From assembly GCA_963575745.1 (NCBI GenBank), contig CAUYUJ010000281.1, positions 496,001 through 560,000 on the forward strand: 64,000 nucleotides of DNA. Reading direction: 5' to 3'. A model generated the notes under the pieces. It was not told the DNA's origin and ran no database searches. It saw nothing but the letters and a program-made list of their open reading frames with translations. How positions within the stretch are numbered: the first letter of the stretch is position 1; each line of letters opens with the position of its first letter. This document shows, piece by piece, positions 1 through 11,110 of the stretch. A program made the translations under genes and the position numbers. The DNA is from Prorocentrum cordatum (lineage: Eukaryota).

Positions 1-3000
1 GGAGCACCCATGAGCAGGGCTTTGCGATCTGACCTTATCCGCGGGTGGGGGGCACGTGGGAAGAGCCGCGCACATCCCAGCAGAGACACCCTCGCAATAT
101 ACTCTAAGAACCTGAGGCGGCGGGTTCGAGGAGCACCCGCCGTCAGGACTTCGCGTTCTGAACTCAGCAGGAAGACGAGACCCCTCCTCGAAACATACTC
201 GATGAGCCTGAACAGTCGGGTTCGAGGAGCACCCGCTGACAGGACTTTGCGTTCTGACCTCGACGGGCGTCGGTCCCTCCCAGTCGCAATCGTACATGTC
301 ATGCGAGCGGCCAGCGTGCTGAGGGGCGGCCACGGCAGGCGATGGGGTCCCAGGCGTCGCGAGAGGAGTACACGGGGAGAAGTCGAATGACACCAGATCG
401 TCCGCGTCCGTGTCAGAGTCCCGCATCTCGGTGATCAACGTCGGCGTCAGGTCAGGGCCGCTGGAAGCGTCTGTGTCAACCACGTCGGCACAGGACGGCG
501 AGGATGAAGACGAGGAAGAAGACGAAGAGGAGGAGGACGGGCGCCGAGTACGTCTCGTCATAAAGCGGACGCTCCATTGTAGTGGTGAGTCGTCAGGCAG
601 GGCACCAGTCGAGGCCATCCGCATGCTCCTCACCCCAGCCAGTGCAGCACTCTGCGCTTCCTGCTCCGAGATCGGCCAGTCGGGGATCAGACGGATCGTG
701 TTGTACATGCTCACCGCGGCGGCCATGAAGCCGAAGGCGGCAGCGGAGGGCGCCACGAGGCCCCACCTCTCAGCGAGCTCCAGCGGGAAGCCATGCCCGA
801 GGGCACGGCGCAGCGCAGCATGCATCCGCACGCACCTTGAGTAGTGAAGAAGCGAACCGACACAGTTGTGACACCCCAGGGCGCAGCCGCGCCTTCCTGC
901 AGGGTGGGGGATGCGAGATGAGGTAAGCCAGCCATCGCACCAGGTCCTCAGAGCGGCCCACACCCATGAGCAGGGGCACAGGTTGAGCGTGGCTGAGACT
1001 CGCTGCCAATCGATTAGGTCGAGGAGAGCACCGTGACGAGGAAAGAAGAACTTCTGAAGTCGTGCGCGGAGGAAGTCGTGCAGCGGCGTGGCAGAGGCCG
1101 CCAAGTCACGAAGGGCACGATGAACAGCAGGCTGGGGGCGGGGGCGGACACCAGGAGGGGCCTCGGCAGCACTGGCAAGCGCTTCACGAGCACGAGGGAG
1201 AAGCGATGTCCACGGCCCAGCGGGGGCGGGCCCATCCAAGGCCAGAGCCAGGTTCTCCACAATGGCAGGGCTCCGCCAGAAACCAGGGCACGGCGCGCCA
1301 GATCCGACCATGCATAGCGTCCTGGAGTCCGCGAGCTCACACGCGTGGGACCGCATGTCGTCCAGCAGCCTCTGGTGCTCGGGGAAGGTGTGGGCGGCCG
1401 CTCGCAGCAGGGACGCCGCGTTGAGGTGAGCCCAGCTCAGAGCGCGCGGGCCGCGCCAGCGGTCCATCTGCACCCAGGCACTCAGCGGGAAGGTGCCCAG
1501 CGCAACACGAAAGACCTGTGCAAGTACACCCAGCTCGCATGCGAGGACGGCTCGTGGCATCCAAAAGAACTGGCTGACATAAGAGAGTGTGCTGACAATA
1601 CGAGTATTGTAGATGATGGAAGAGAGGCTAGCAGGGGTGGCGCCTCGTCCGACTGCTCGAGCCCGCAGCCGCGCCTTAGCAAGCGGGTCAATCCAGGGCT
1701 TCATAGAGTCCACAGAGGGTCCCAACCATATCCCAAGGTACAGGAGCTCCGAAACGATCTTCATGGCGGACCAGTGGGGCACCGTACGAGAGAGCCTCCC
1801 AAGAGCTTCCGACGCGAGAGCGGGACTGAATGAGGCTGACAGGGGCACAATATGGCACTTCTGAATCTTCAGAACAAGGTTCGCCACCAACTCCGCCTCC
1901 CTCATCACGAGGGCGACCCAGGCCAAGTCCTCTATGCTCACCATCGTGCCACCGATGTCGCCGGCGCACGCGCGCGCGAGCCCGCGGCCCGTCTCTTCGA
2001 TCACGCGCACGAGGTGGTACAAGAACGTGGACGAAGCAACCGCGTAAAGAGAGCCTGAGAGGGCGCACCCCTGGACGATCCCGCTGCGGACCCAGTGCAG
2101 GTGAACGCGGAGCCCCATGGAGACCGCAACGCCCTCGATGGCCTCATAGAGGAACCCCACGAACTTCAAGATGGCCTCAGGAAGACGCAGCGCCCCAAGA
2201 ATAAACAGCACGAACTCCTGGTTCAGAGAGGGGAAGGCCTGGCCGTAGTCCAGGCTATAAAGGATGGGCAAGTCCCGAGAGCCATGCGGCGTGCACGAGA
2301 GCTGACGACTCGATACGTCCAATTCCAGAACGTTCAGGCCAAAGTTCCTCCCAGGGACGAAGCCTCTCTGACAGGGCGGGGCAACGCGTGCGAGGGCGGG
2401 GCGAAGGGCGGCGTTCATGGTGGCCGAGAGGACCTTAACGTCACAATTGCGGAGACCGAGCACTCTCACTTTGTCTGCCCCCCTTGCGACTTGGCCAGCT
2501 TGGGCCTCATCCTCGGTCACGTTCTTGGGCAAAAAGACCTGGAGGGTCGTGCTTGCAGGGTCAAACAACGCTTGACCGCTCATCACCCACTCGAGGCAGT
2601 CCCAGAGGATGGTCGCACCAAAGGGTATGGAGCGCCACGCCGTGTAGGAGAGCCCGTCACAACCAGTGGCGGAGTCAGCAGCACGTGCAAGAACAGCCCG
2701 AAGGAGGCGTGGTGTGGGAGGGGGGAGAATAACATCGTCAACAGTCGGCAGGTACTTGGCAGCATGCTCGACGGCTCTGTCGCGGCCCCAGGGCTTCCTG
2801 GAGAAGACGGGGCCCCAGTAGCTCTTCAGCAGGTCCACGCGCTCGGCAGGGTCACATGCGGAGCGCCCACTATCGTCGGTAACTGCCGTCAGGCATACAC
2901 GTCGATTTAACGGGGGCCAGAGGCGGGATCGTCTCTCTAAGGACTTCAACTGAAGACGGGCGGATCGCATATCATGAGAAGAGTCGTTCTTCCTCTGCAA

Positions 3001-4209
3001 CTCGGCACGGGCACATTCGGCTGCTTCCCGCTGGAGACGGTCGGACCAGGCATGGAACGATTCAGGATGCAACAACTCGACCACAGGCCCCTGGACACGG
3101 ATGAAGTCAGAGGCGACGGGGTGGGATTCTAGTAATCTCCAAGCAAGTTTCACATCTTGCCGCCATACAACTCTGGCCATTGAACGAGCAAGCTGTAGCA
3201 GGGTGGATGGATGATGAGGGCGCCGCCGAAAGTCATTATCACGGGCTTCGCGCGCAGCTTCTTTCATGAGATATTTAAAATGTTCCAGCCGATACGGAGG
3301 CGACATACTGCCCCAATCAGCACAGTCAACCATAGCACGGAGACGGCCCAGGTAGCACTGGTCATGGAAGAGATGTTTAGCAAGAGGGCGCTCGGCAGGG
3401 GGACGAGCAGCACGGGGGGTGATGGTGACCGCGACCGCAGCATGATCCGAGACGATGGCATCAGAGACAGCAGCTGCAGAACCAACAGTAGCGGCATGCA
3501 AATGATGTTGACAGACCATCCACCCAGGGAGAGAGAGGAAGAGGCGGCCGATAGCGGCCTCAGAGTTGGACTTTTTCTCATAGTGCGACCCCAAATCGCA
3601 CTCCACTTCGACGAGCTGCGAGAGAGCCCGTCGCCAGACTCGAGCCTGCCCATGATGTTGACGTGCAGCGCGCCGAACAGCGGCCTGTGGTAAATGAAGA
3701 ACCACAGCATCCTCGGCGGCAAAGTTGAAGTCGCCCACAACCAGCACGAGTTGCTGGGAAGGCGCCCTGAGCGCAGCAGCACGAGCCTCGAGGATGATCT
3801 CGACTATCTCCTTGACTTGCTTCTGCTTCAGGTCGTGGTTGTGAATGTTGAAGATCTCCATGCAGATCGGGCCACGCACGACGGTGACCCGCAAAACGCG
3901 ACCAGGCACGAGAGCCACCGCATGACTTCGCACACGTTCTCCAGCTGCCTGACAAAACTGGGGAAGAAGAACGGCCACACCCCCGCGGACACGGTCCGCA
4001 CCAGAGTCACCACAGAACGACGAGTGCACTGTCAGCGACTCGCCCAACGGGCCGAGGAACTCACGAAGTTGAAGAGCATCTTGCCTGACCTCCTGCAGGC
4101 GCACAATGGAGCGTGCGGGTTGGAGGCGAAGTAGGTAGTTGAATTTGCGGGCGCCATTCTTGCCAGCGTGCTGGAGCAATGCCCGCGCATTCCACGTGAC
4201 AACCCTCAT
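1..4209 (-). CDS. LINE ORF2: apurinic-like endonuclease + reverse transcriptase + Cys/His knuckle (>=1403 aa, runs off the window edge; absent from the ORF track)
   Basis: Manual translation from ATG at 4209 finds no stop down to base 1. APE motifs: MRVVTWNARAL, LQEV, GGVAVLL, VVGDFNF, SDHAAVAV. RT motifs: SATGCDGLSY, LRNCDVKVLS, QRGFVPGR, LDYGQAFPSL, GIVQGCALSG, CAGDIG (1957..1968; normally [Y/C]ADD), YLGIWLG. Knuckle: CALGC...HYSRC. Confidence 0.92.
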   Translation of the reverse strand, partial: MRVVTWNARALLQHAGKNGARKFNYLLRLQPARSIVRLQEVRQDALQLREFLGPLGESLTVHSSFCGDSGADRVRGGVAVLLPQFCQAAGERVRSHAVALVPGRVLRVTVVRGPICMEIFNIHNHDLKQKQVKEIVEIILEARAAALRAPSQQLVLVVGDFNFAAEDAVVLHLPQAAVRRAARQHHGQARVWRRALSQLVEVECDLGSHYEKKSNSEAAIGRLFLSLPGWMVCQHHLHAATVGSAAAVSDAIVSDHAAVAVTITPRAARPPAERPLAKHLFHDQCYLGRLRAMVDCADWGSMSPPYRLEHFKYLMKEAAREARDNDFRRRPHHPSTLLQLARSMARVVWRQDVKLAWRLLESHPVASDFIRVQGPVVELLHPESFHAWSDRLQREAAECARAELQRKNDSSHDMRSARLQLKSLERRSRLWPPLNRRVCLTAVTDDSGRSACDPAERVDLLKSYWGPVFSRKPWGRDRAVEHAAKYLPTVDDVILPPPTPRLLRAVLARAADSATGCDGLSYTAWRSIPFGATILWDCLEWVMSGQALFDPASTTLQVFLPKNVTEDEAQAGQVARGADKVRVLGLRNCDVKVLSATMNAALRPALARVAPPCQRGFVPGRNFGLNVLELDVSSRQLSCTPHGSRDLPILYSLDYGQAFPSLNQEFVLFILGALRLPEAILKFVGFLYEAIEGVAVSMGLRVHLHWVRSGIVQGCALSGSLYAVASSTFLYHLVRVIEETGRGLARACAGDIGGTMVSIEDLAWVALVMREAELVANLVLKIQKCHIVPLSASFSPALASEALGRLSRTVPHWSAMKIVSELLYLGIWLGPSVDSMKPWIDPLAKARLRARAVGRGATPASLSSIIYNTRIVSTLSYVSQFFWMPRAVLACELGVLAQVFRVALGTFPLSAWVQMDRWRGPRALSWAHLNAASLLRAAAHTFPEHQRLLDDMRSHACELADSRTLCMVGSGAPCPGFWRSPAIVENLALALDGPAPAGPWTSLLPRAREALASAAEAPPGVRPRPQPAVHRALRDLAASATPLHDFLRARLQKFFFPRHGALLDLIDWQRVSATLNLCPCSWVWAALRTWCDGWLTSSRIPHPAGRRGCALGCHNCVGSLLHYSRCVRMHAALRRALGHGFPLELAERWGLVAPSAAAFGFMAAAVSMYNTIRLIPDWPISEQEAQSAALAGVRSMRMASTGALPDDSPLQWSVRFMTRRTRRPSSSSSSSSSSSSSPSCADVVDTDASSGPDLTPTLITEMRDSDTDADDLVSFDFSPCTPLATPGTPSPAVAAPQHAGRSHDMYDCDWEGPTPVEVRTQSPVSGCSSNPTVQAHRVCFEEGSRLPAEFRTRSPDGGCSSNPPPQVLRVYCEGVSAGMCAALPTCPPPADKVRSQSPAHGCS

Positions 4210-4264
4210 GGCAGACACCGGCGAGGCGGGGGAGGGTGATGTACAAGCGAACAATTTCCATACG

Positions 4265-5491
4265 TCAAAGGCACCACTGTGGTTCCGCCTCGGGTTCGAC
4301 GAGCGGGGCGAGCAGCGACACGAGCTCGGCTTTGACGAGGTCGTGCTTGGCGAGCTGCTGGTTGTCCCAGTAGAACTCGGCGGGCTTGTTGCCAGGATGG
4401 GCTTCCACGCGCATGATACGATCCCATCCAACGGATAGTGTGGCACGCTCTCTGTCGGTGAACAGACGGAGGTTCGGGTGACGTTCAGCAATGATAGTAC
4501 GTGCTCTCCGCAACAGGATCTCGCAGCGAATCTGGCGTGGCGACTTGTCGGGGCCCAAGTGGATGCGGCAGCGAGGGCTGCCCGGGACCTCGACTGTGAA
4601 CTCCTTCCAGGTGCCATCGACGCGCAAGGCACCAAGCACCTTGGCCGCCATCCTGGAGGCGACGGCGATGAGGCCCTTGAAGCGGATGTGAAACTTCTTG
4701 GTCGGCACAGGGCCGACGGGGACGAGGTCGTAGAGGTCGTCGGCGAGGCCGAGGGAGGCGATCCAGGGGCGGAGCTCGGCTTCGACACAGGCCGTCGTAG
4801 TAGGGCGCTGGGCCATGGCCACAACCAGCGAAGCATCCACTTCCCTGTCGAAGCCCTTCGGCTGGGTGAGCGGGGCGCGGGGGCGCTGCTCGGCAATGTG
4901 GAGCTCCTTCCTGAGCGCCTCCATCTGGGTGAGGACGTCCTGCATCTGGGCCTCGGCCTTGGACACGCGGCTGTCAGTCTCGTTGATCTGCGTCTGCTGG
5001 GCGTCGAGCTGTGCTTGGAGACGGCGCGTGGTGGAGTCGAGCTGAGGGCGGACAATCGAGAGGATCTTCTGGTCGAGGTCAGCTGGAGGCTGCGCCAGCT
5101 GGGCGCGAAGCTGGTCCAGCAGGTCGATGGTTGGTTTGTTCTGCACTTCGATGTTCTGCTTGATGGTGTCCGTGAGAGACTTGCTGATGTCGATGGCGAG
5201 CTCTTCACGCATTCTGGCCAACATGTCGGCGCAGCACTGCTTGATGTAGTCCTCCGAGGCGTCGTCGTCGTCGTCGAGGCGCGGCGGCATGTCGTCGTCC
5301 ACGATAGTGGCAGCAGGAGAACCATGAGGAGGAAGAGCACGACGTTTGTGCGCAGCACAGCTGGCGGTGCGCGGGGGAGCGGAGCCCTTGCCCTTGCCCG
5401 CCTTGCTCTCCTGGGACGGGAAGGTCGGCATGGACTCGAGCATCTCAGCCTGGGAGACGGAAAACTCGCACTCGGCGGCGCCATCAGCCAT
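4265..5491 (-). CDS. LINE ORF1 protein (coiled coil + putative RRM/CTD-like region), 408 aa
   Basis: Heptad-rich coiled coil (LQAQLDAQQTQINETDSRVSKAEAQMQDVLTQMEALRKEL) and an ORF1-like C-terminal motif (IHLGPDKSPRQIRCEILLRR). It lies directly upstream of ORF2. Confidence 0.85.
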   Translation of the reverse strand: MADGAAECEFSVSQAEMLESMPTFPSQESKAGKGKGSAPPRTASCAAHKRRALPPHGSPAATIVDDDMPPRLDDDDDASEDYIKQCCADMLARMREELAIDISKSLTDTIKQNIEVQNKPTIDLLDQLRAQLAQPPADLDQKILSIVRPQLDSTTRRLQAQLDAQQTQINETDSRVSKAEAQMQDVLTQMEALRKELHIAEQRPRAPLTQPKGFDREVDASLVVAMAQRPTTTACVEAELRPWIASLGLADDLYDLVPVGPVPTKKFHIRFKGLIAVASRMAAKVLGALRVDGTWKEFTVEVPGSPRCRIHLGPDKSPRQIRCEILLRRARTIIAERHPNLRLFTDRERATLSVGWDRIMRVEAHPGNKPAEFYWDNQQLAKHDLVKAELVSLLAPLVEPEAEPQWCL

Positions 5492-5670
5492 CGGTGGTGG
5501 TCTGGTCGGGACAGGGATGGGAAGGAGGCGGGGGCCCAGGTCCCGCAGTAAAGGCCGACAAAGAGTGCCAGAGACAGGCGGGCAGTGGATGCACGTGGCC
5601 TCAAAGCGGAACCTCCCTCGCGCTCTGAGGACGCCCCGAAAGACTCACGGTCGTCGGGACGGTTCATAGC

Positions 5671-5692
5671 CTTGAGCCAGAATGGCTACGGA
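5671..5692 (-). other. Dinoflagellate spliced leader (DinoSL) copy at the LINE 5' terminus
   Basis: Minus strand reads TCCGTAGCCATTCTGGCTCAAG, a 21/22 match to DCCGTAGCCATTTTGGCTCAAG. It is followed by GCTATG rather than a GT donor. Confidence 0.92.
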
Positions 5693-6150
5693 AGAGGAGG
5701 AGGAGGAGGAGGAGGAGGGGGGAGGAGGAGGAGGAGGGAGGAGGAGGAGGAGGAGGAGGAGGAGGAAGCGGCGCAAGGGGGAGGGAGGACGACGGGGAGG
5801 GCGGCGCGGGCGGCGCCGGGCGCCAGCCCCCCCGCTGAGCCGCGCAAGGGCGCGCTCGCACGGCCTCCGCCGTCGTCGTCGTCGGCGTCCGCGTCGTCGT
5901 CGTCGTCGTCGTCGACATCGTCGTCGTCGTCGCCGCCGTCGTCGCCATCGCGTCGTCAGACTCGCCGTCGTCTACATTGCCGCCGTCGTCTTCGTCGTCG
6001 CCGTCGTTGTCCGTCGTCGCCGTCGTCGAAGTCGCATTCGTCGTCAGCGTCGTCATTGTCGACGGGGTCGGCCTCGTCGTCGTCCTCCTCTCCTCCTCCT
6101 CCTCCTCATCGTCTTTGTCGCCGCCGTCGGGCCAGCTGTCGTCGTCCCAC
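5693..6150. repeat. (GAG)n and (GTC)n microsatellites
   Basis: Direct reading of trinucleotide runs. Confidence 0.9.
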
Positions 6151-6709
6151 GGCAGGGCCCCAAGGCCAGCTCACCTCGTGCTTCCTCCGCAGCGGACCTC
6201 GACAACCGGATGCACGCATGGACAGCGCTCGTGCACCCATGCACGCAGGAAACAACTTGCGGGGAACACCGCTCCCGCTTCGCGTGGCGACTCGCACACC
6301 AGGGAGGCAACAATCAGGCGGCTTCCCTGTCATCCACGGCGAGATCCCGCGCGCGCGGACCGTCATGTTCACGTCGCACGGAGCATCACGTATCGGAGCA
6401 GACTCAGGACTCAGGGATGCGGCGGGGAGGGCTCGCGTTCCTGCTCGATCGTGCACATCGGACGTCGCGATCACCTCGTGCAGCTCATGAGACGCTTTGG
6501 AAATGGTGCGTACGCTCTCGTGGGAACGACTATGCGAAGCAAGCCCGGGCGAAACACCGCATGGGAATTCGCACATCTCTTTCCCCAACCATCCTGTGGT
6601 GTTGGATCCTCGTTTTGAAGAGACAACGCCCCGCGTTCTCCTCCCGCCTCCTTCCTCCCGCCTCCTCCCTCCTCCCATCCCTGCCTCTGCCCCCCGCGCA
6701 ACGCATGTC

Positions 6710-6764
6710 CTTATCGTCATCGTCATCATCATCGTCATCATCGTCATCATCGTACTCATCGTAC

Positions 6765-6854
<90 letters not shown>

Positions 6855-6857
6855 CCG

Positions 6858-6900
<43 letters not shown>

Positions 6901-7200
6901 CATCCTCATCCTCATCCTCGTCCTCCTCGTCCTCCTCCTCCTCCTCATCATCATCATCATTGTCATCATCACCATCGGCATCAGCATCACCACAAGCATC
7001 GCCGTGCATCGCCGTCATCATGGCCTCATCTCCTCCTCTCCCCCTCTCTGCCTCCTCCCCCTTCTTCTTCATCCAGCATTATTATGATCATCATCAGCAC
7101 GATCATCATTACCATCACCATCACCATCACCATCACCATCACCATCCTCAGCAGCATCATAATCAGCATCATCATCGTCAGCATCATCATCTCATCAGCT
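6710..7200. repeat. (CAT)n / (CAC-CAT)n microsatellite
   Basis: Direct reading. Confidence 0.95.
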
Positions 7201-7239
7201 TTATCCATGTCTACCCCCATCCAATTCGACACACCCCTA

Positions 7240-9120
7240 GCACGCTTCGTGACCCCACAGGGAGCCCCAACGAAGATCCCAGTGGCAGAACTCGCATGCT
7301 TTTCCCCTACCCAATACATCGCTTCGTGGCACCATGCGGAGCTCCACCTAAGATACCAATTTGGGACCTCGCCTGCGGTTCCCCCACCAGTACAGCTGTT
7401 CGTGGCCCCATAAGATGCTCAACCGAAGGTCCCAGTGGCGGATCTCGCACGCGGTTCCCCCGCCCAATACAGCGATTCGTGGCCCCATCAGGGACTCCAC
7501 CGAAAGCACCATTGGCAGTACTCGCATGCGGTTCCCCCAGCCAGTACAGCGCTCCTTGGCCTAGTAGGCGGCTTCACCGAAGGTCCCTGGCGGACTTCGT
7601 ATGCAGATCCCCCACCAGGTATAACGTTTCGTGGCCCCATTGGGGGGGTCCACCGAAGGTCCCAGTGGCGGCATTTGCATAAGGTTCCCCCACCCAACAC
7701 ATCGCTTCGTGGCCCCATAAGGCACTCCACCGAAGGTCCCAGCGGCGGAACTCGCATGCGGTCCCTCCACCCAGTACAGCGATTCGGGGCCCCAAAGGAG
7801 GCTCCACCGAACGTCCCAGCGGTGGAACTCGCTTGCGGTTCCCCCGCCCAGTACACGAAGCGCTGCATGGGCTGGAGGAAATACATGCGGACACCGCCAC
7901 TAGGGCCTTCGGTGAAGCTCCCATATGGGACCACGAAACGTTGTGATGGGTGGTGGGGGCGCAGGCGGACACCGCCACGGGGGCCTTCGGTGCAGCTCCC
8001 TATGCGGCCACGAAGCTCGGTATTCGGTGGGTGAGTCACATGCGAACACCGCCACTGGGGCCTTCGGTGGAGCTCCCTGTGTGGCCACGGAGCGCTATAC
8101 TTTGTGCGTGTGGGACAAACAACCGTACACAAGCACTGGGGCCTTCTGTAGAGATGCCGATGGGGCCACGAAGCGCTGCACTGACTGGGGGAAACGTATG
8201 CGGACGCAGCCACTGGGGCCTTGGGTGGAGCTCCCTATGGGGCCACGAAACGTTGTCATGGGAGGTGGAAGCGCATGCGGACAAGGCCACTGGGGCCTTC
8301 GATTGGCCTCCCTGTAGGGCCACGAAACGCTGTAATGGGTGGGCGAAACGCATGCGGACACCGCCACTGGGGCCTTCGGTGGAGCTCCCCATGGGGCCAC
8401 GAAGCGTTGTACCCGGTGGGGGAAACGCATGCGGTCACTGCCACTGAGGCCTTCGGTGTGGCTCCCTATGGGGCCACGAAGAGCTGTCCTGGTTTGGGGA
8501 GACGCATGCGGACAGCGCCTCAGGGGCGAACGCAGCCACTGAGGCCTCCGGAAGAGCTCCCTATGAAACCACGAAGCGTGCGAGAGGTGTGCCAAAGTGG
8601 AGGGGGGGCTGCATGCGAACACAGCCACTGGGGCTTTGAGTGGAACTCCCTGCGGGGCCACGAAACGTGTGAGGAGCTTGCCAAAGTAAAGGGGGGCCGG
8701 CATGTGATAGAGCCTCTGGGACCTTGGGTGGAGCTCCCTATGGGGCCACGAAACGTGTGAGTGGTGGGCCAAGTGGAGGGGGGGCGACATGTAAACGCTG
8801 ACGCTGGGGCCTCAGGTGGAGCTCCCTACGGGGCCACGAAACGTGTGTGTGGTGGGCCAAAGTGGAGGAGGGGCCGGCATGTGAACGCAGCCGCTGGGCC
8901 TCGTGTGGAGCTCCCTATAGGGCCACGAAACGTGCGGGGCCAACGTGGAGGGGGGGCAGCATGTGAACGGAGCCACTGGGGCCTTGGGTGGAGCTCCCTA
9001 TGGGGCCACGAAGCGTGTGAGGGGTATGCCAAAGTGGAGGGGGGGGGCAGCATGTGAACGCAGCCACTGGGGCCTTGGGTGGAGCTCCCTATGGGGCCAC
9101 GAAACGTGTGAGGGGTGAGC
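7240..9120. repeat. ~77-bp (later ~89-bp) satellite array with an orientation switch at ~7855
   Basis: The core cgtggccccat...ctccaccgaagg recurs at about 7248, 7325, 7401, 7478, 7630 and 7708. Its reverse complement ccttcggtggagctccctatggggccacgaa recurs from ~7905 to 9100. Confidence 0.9.
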
Positions 9121-9439
9121 CAAAATGGAGGGGGTGACGGGAGGAGGGAAGAGGGGGAGGAGAAGGAGAGGAAAGGAGGAGGAGGAGGAGGAGGATGAGG
9201 AGGAGGACGCGGGGCACCGTCTTTACAAAAGGAGGGCCCGACACCACAGCATGGTCGCGAACTAAGGGAAAGATCAGAGGCCAAGGCGCCCTTCCCCACC
9301 CCAACCCACCCCACCAAAGAATCGGGAAGTCCCGAACCCCCCCCCCAGTAAGATTATTCGGAGCGGTCCAGAATCCCATCCCCCTGGGGAATGATTCAAA
9401 AGGTATGGATATCCCCCTCCCGCTCCCCCACCCCTTGGG

Positions 9440-9495
9440 CAACGACGACGACGACGAAGACGTGGCCGTCGCCGCCGCCGTCAAACGACGTGGGG

Positions 9496-9560
<65 letters not shown>

Positions 9561-11110
9561 CGACGAAGACGACGCCGCCGACGCACGACGATCACGACGA
9601 CGCCGACGCCGACGCCGACGCGGACGACAAGGGTCGATAACTTCCACTGGGGATGAATCTAACTCAAAACACAATGTTATTTAGGTTCGACCAAGCTCTC
9701 ATTGTATCCGGCAGACATTTCGGTCCAGCTCCAATCAAAAAGTATAAGGGCTGGATGTAGTTCCGACGGCATCCTACGAAGGGCTCGGTCCAACCCTAGT
9801 GGAATCCCTGCCAGGTTAAATCCAGCTCGAACAACGTCTAGAGGTCTATCCGTCTCGAGCACAATCCTAGTAGGGCGCTGTTTCCTGCTCTAGTAGAACC
9901 ATGGCAGGATCCAGCTCTACTGGATTTCTATGAAATCCCAATGCAGCACCAAAGCCATCGAATTAGGACTGGATCCAGACTTACCAGAATTCGATTCAGT
10001 CTCGATCCAGTTATGCTTCAATCCTATTAGGGGCTCTAATGGGATCCTACCATGGTCCTATTCAGCTCTGGGAGTCCTACTACGGCTCGACCGGGTTCAA
10101 CTAGAATGCTTCCAAAGTTGTATCAAGTTCTACTGTAAACAAACAAGGGTCCTGTCCAGCTCTGAAAACATCCCGCTACGGCACCATCCAGCCCTACCAG
10201 CATCCTTCTAGGGGCCGAGCTCGTTCTCACAGGATTCAACCAGAGCTCGATCCAGTTCTGCTAGAATCCGACTAGGGTTCAGTCCACCTCCAATAGAATA
10301 TTGCTACCATTGCTGGATCCAGCACGAACGGAATCCTAGAATCGGGCTCTATCCAGCTCTCATAGAAACCTACCGCGGTTGGGCCCAGGTCGTACCAAAG
10401 TTGGGTCCAGGTCGGCTAGACTCCTACTGAAGCTCGATGCAGGGGCTGCTGGATCCAACGCTGACAGCATCCTACTAAGGCTTGATCCAGTTTCACGAGA
10501 ATCCTACCAGGGCTGGGTCCAGCTCTAATCGGCGCCTATTCGGGCTCGCTCCAGTTTGAGGGGTATATGTGCTACCAGGGCGCGAGTCAGCTTTATCGCA
10601 TCCCACTAGGGCTCCAAGGTCGTCGTCGTCGGCATCGTCGTTTGCCAGCAATGACGCTCTCGTCCTCGTCGTCGTCTTCGTCGTTTTCATCGTCGCCGCC
10701 ATCAGTAAAGACGTCGTCGTTGTTGTCGTTGTCGTTGTCGTCGGCGTCGTCGTCGTCGTGGTCGCCGTCTGTCCTCATCGTCGCCGTCTTCGTCGTCGTC
10801 GTCGTCGCCGCCTTTGTTGTCCGTCGTCGGCGTCTTCGCATTCATCGTCAGCGTCTTCATTATCGACAGGGTCGGCGTCTTCGTCGTCAGCCTCCTCCTC
10901 CTCATCGTCTGTGTCGCCGTCGTCGTGCCAGCTGTCGTCATTGCACGGCAGGGGCCAAACGCCAGCTCACCTCGTACTTTCTTCGCCGCCGCCGTCGTCA
11001 TCGTCGTCTGCGTCGTCGTCAACGTCGTCGTCGTCCTCGTCGTCGTTGTCGTCGTCCGCGTCTTTTACAGGCGGCGACGACGAAATTGTTGCCGTCGTCA
11101 TCGTCGTCGC
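9440..11110. repeat. Diverged ~31-bp satellite (ctcgatccagctcta.tagaatcctactaggg-like) bracketed by (GAC)n and (GTC)n
   Basis: Recurrent atccagctc / gaatcctac / agggct words over 9640..10610. Complementary microsatellites flank the array. Confidence 0.7.

Larger units (their letters stand above)
1..5692 (-). mobile_element. Non-LTR retrotransposon (LINE, ORF1 + APE/RT ORF2), 5'-complete, 3' end outside window
   Basis: Two ORFs in tandem on the minus strand: ORF1 4265..5491 and ORF2 starting at 4209. A ~180-nt 5' UTR begins with a spliced-leader copy and abuts a (GAG)n microsatellite. Confidence 0.93.
6581..9261. mobile_element. Non-autonomous fold-back-like element with ~55-bp diverged inverted termini
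   Basis: 6581..6635 (ttccccaaccatcctgtggtgttggatcctcgttttgaagagacaacgccccgcg) is roughly the reverse complement of 9208..9261. The CT-rich and GA-rich subterminal tracts are symmetric, and the internal satellite inverts at ~7855. Confidence 0.6.

Noticed and set aside
5671..5692. SL RNA gene
   Set aside because: There is no GT donor or SL-RNA intron after the 22-mer. It runs straight into the LINE 5' UTR.
5585..7682. Long ORFs with poly-S/R/I/M/D/H tracts (likewise those at 9-11, 14, 17.8, 43.8, 47-51 and 62-63 kb)
   Set aside because: These are open frames produced by microsatellites and stop-poor GC-rich satellites, with no domain motifs.
7240..9120. CRISPR-like regularly spaced repeats
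   Set aside because: The intervening sequences are homologous to one another (a satellite), the context is eukaryotic, and there are no cas genes.
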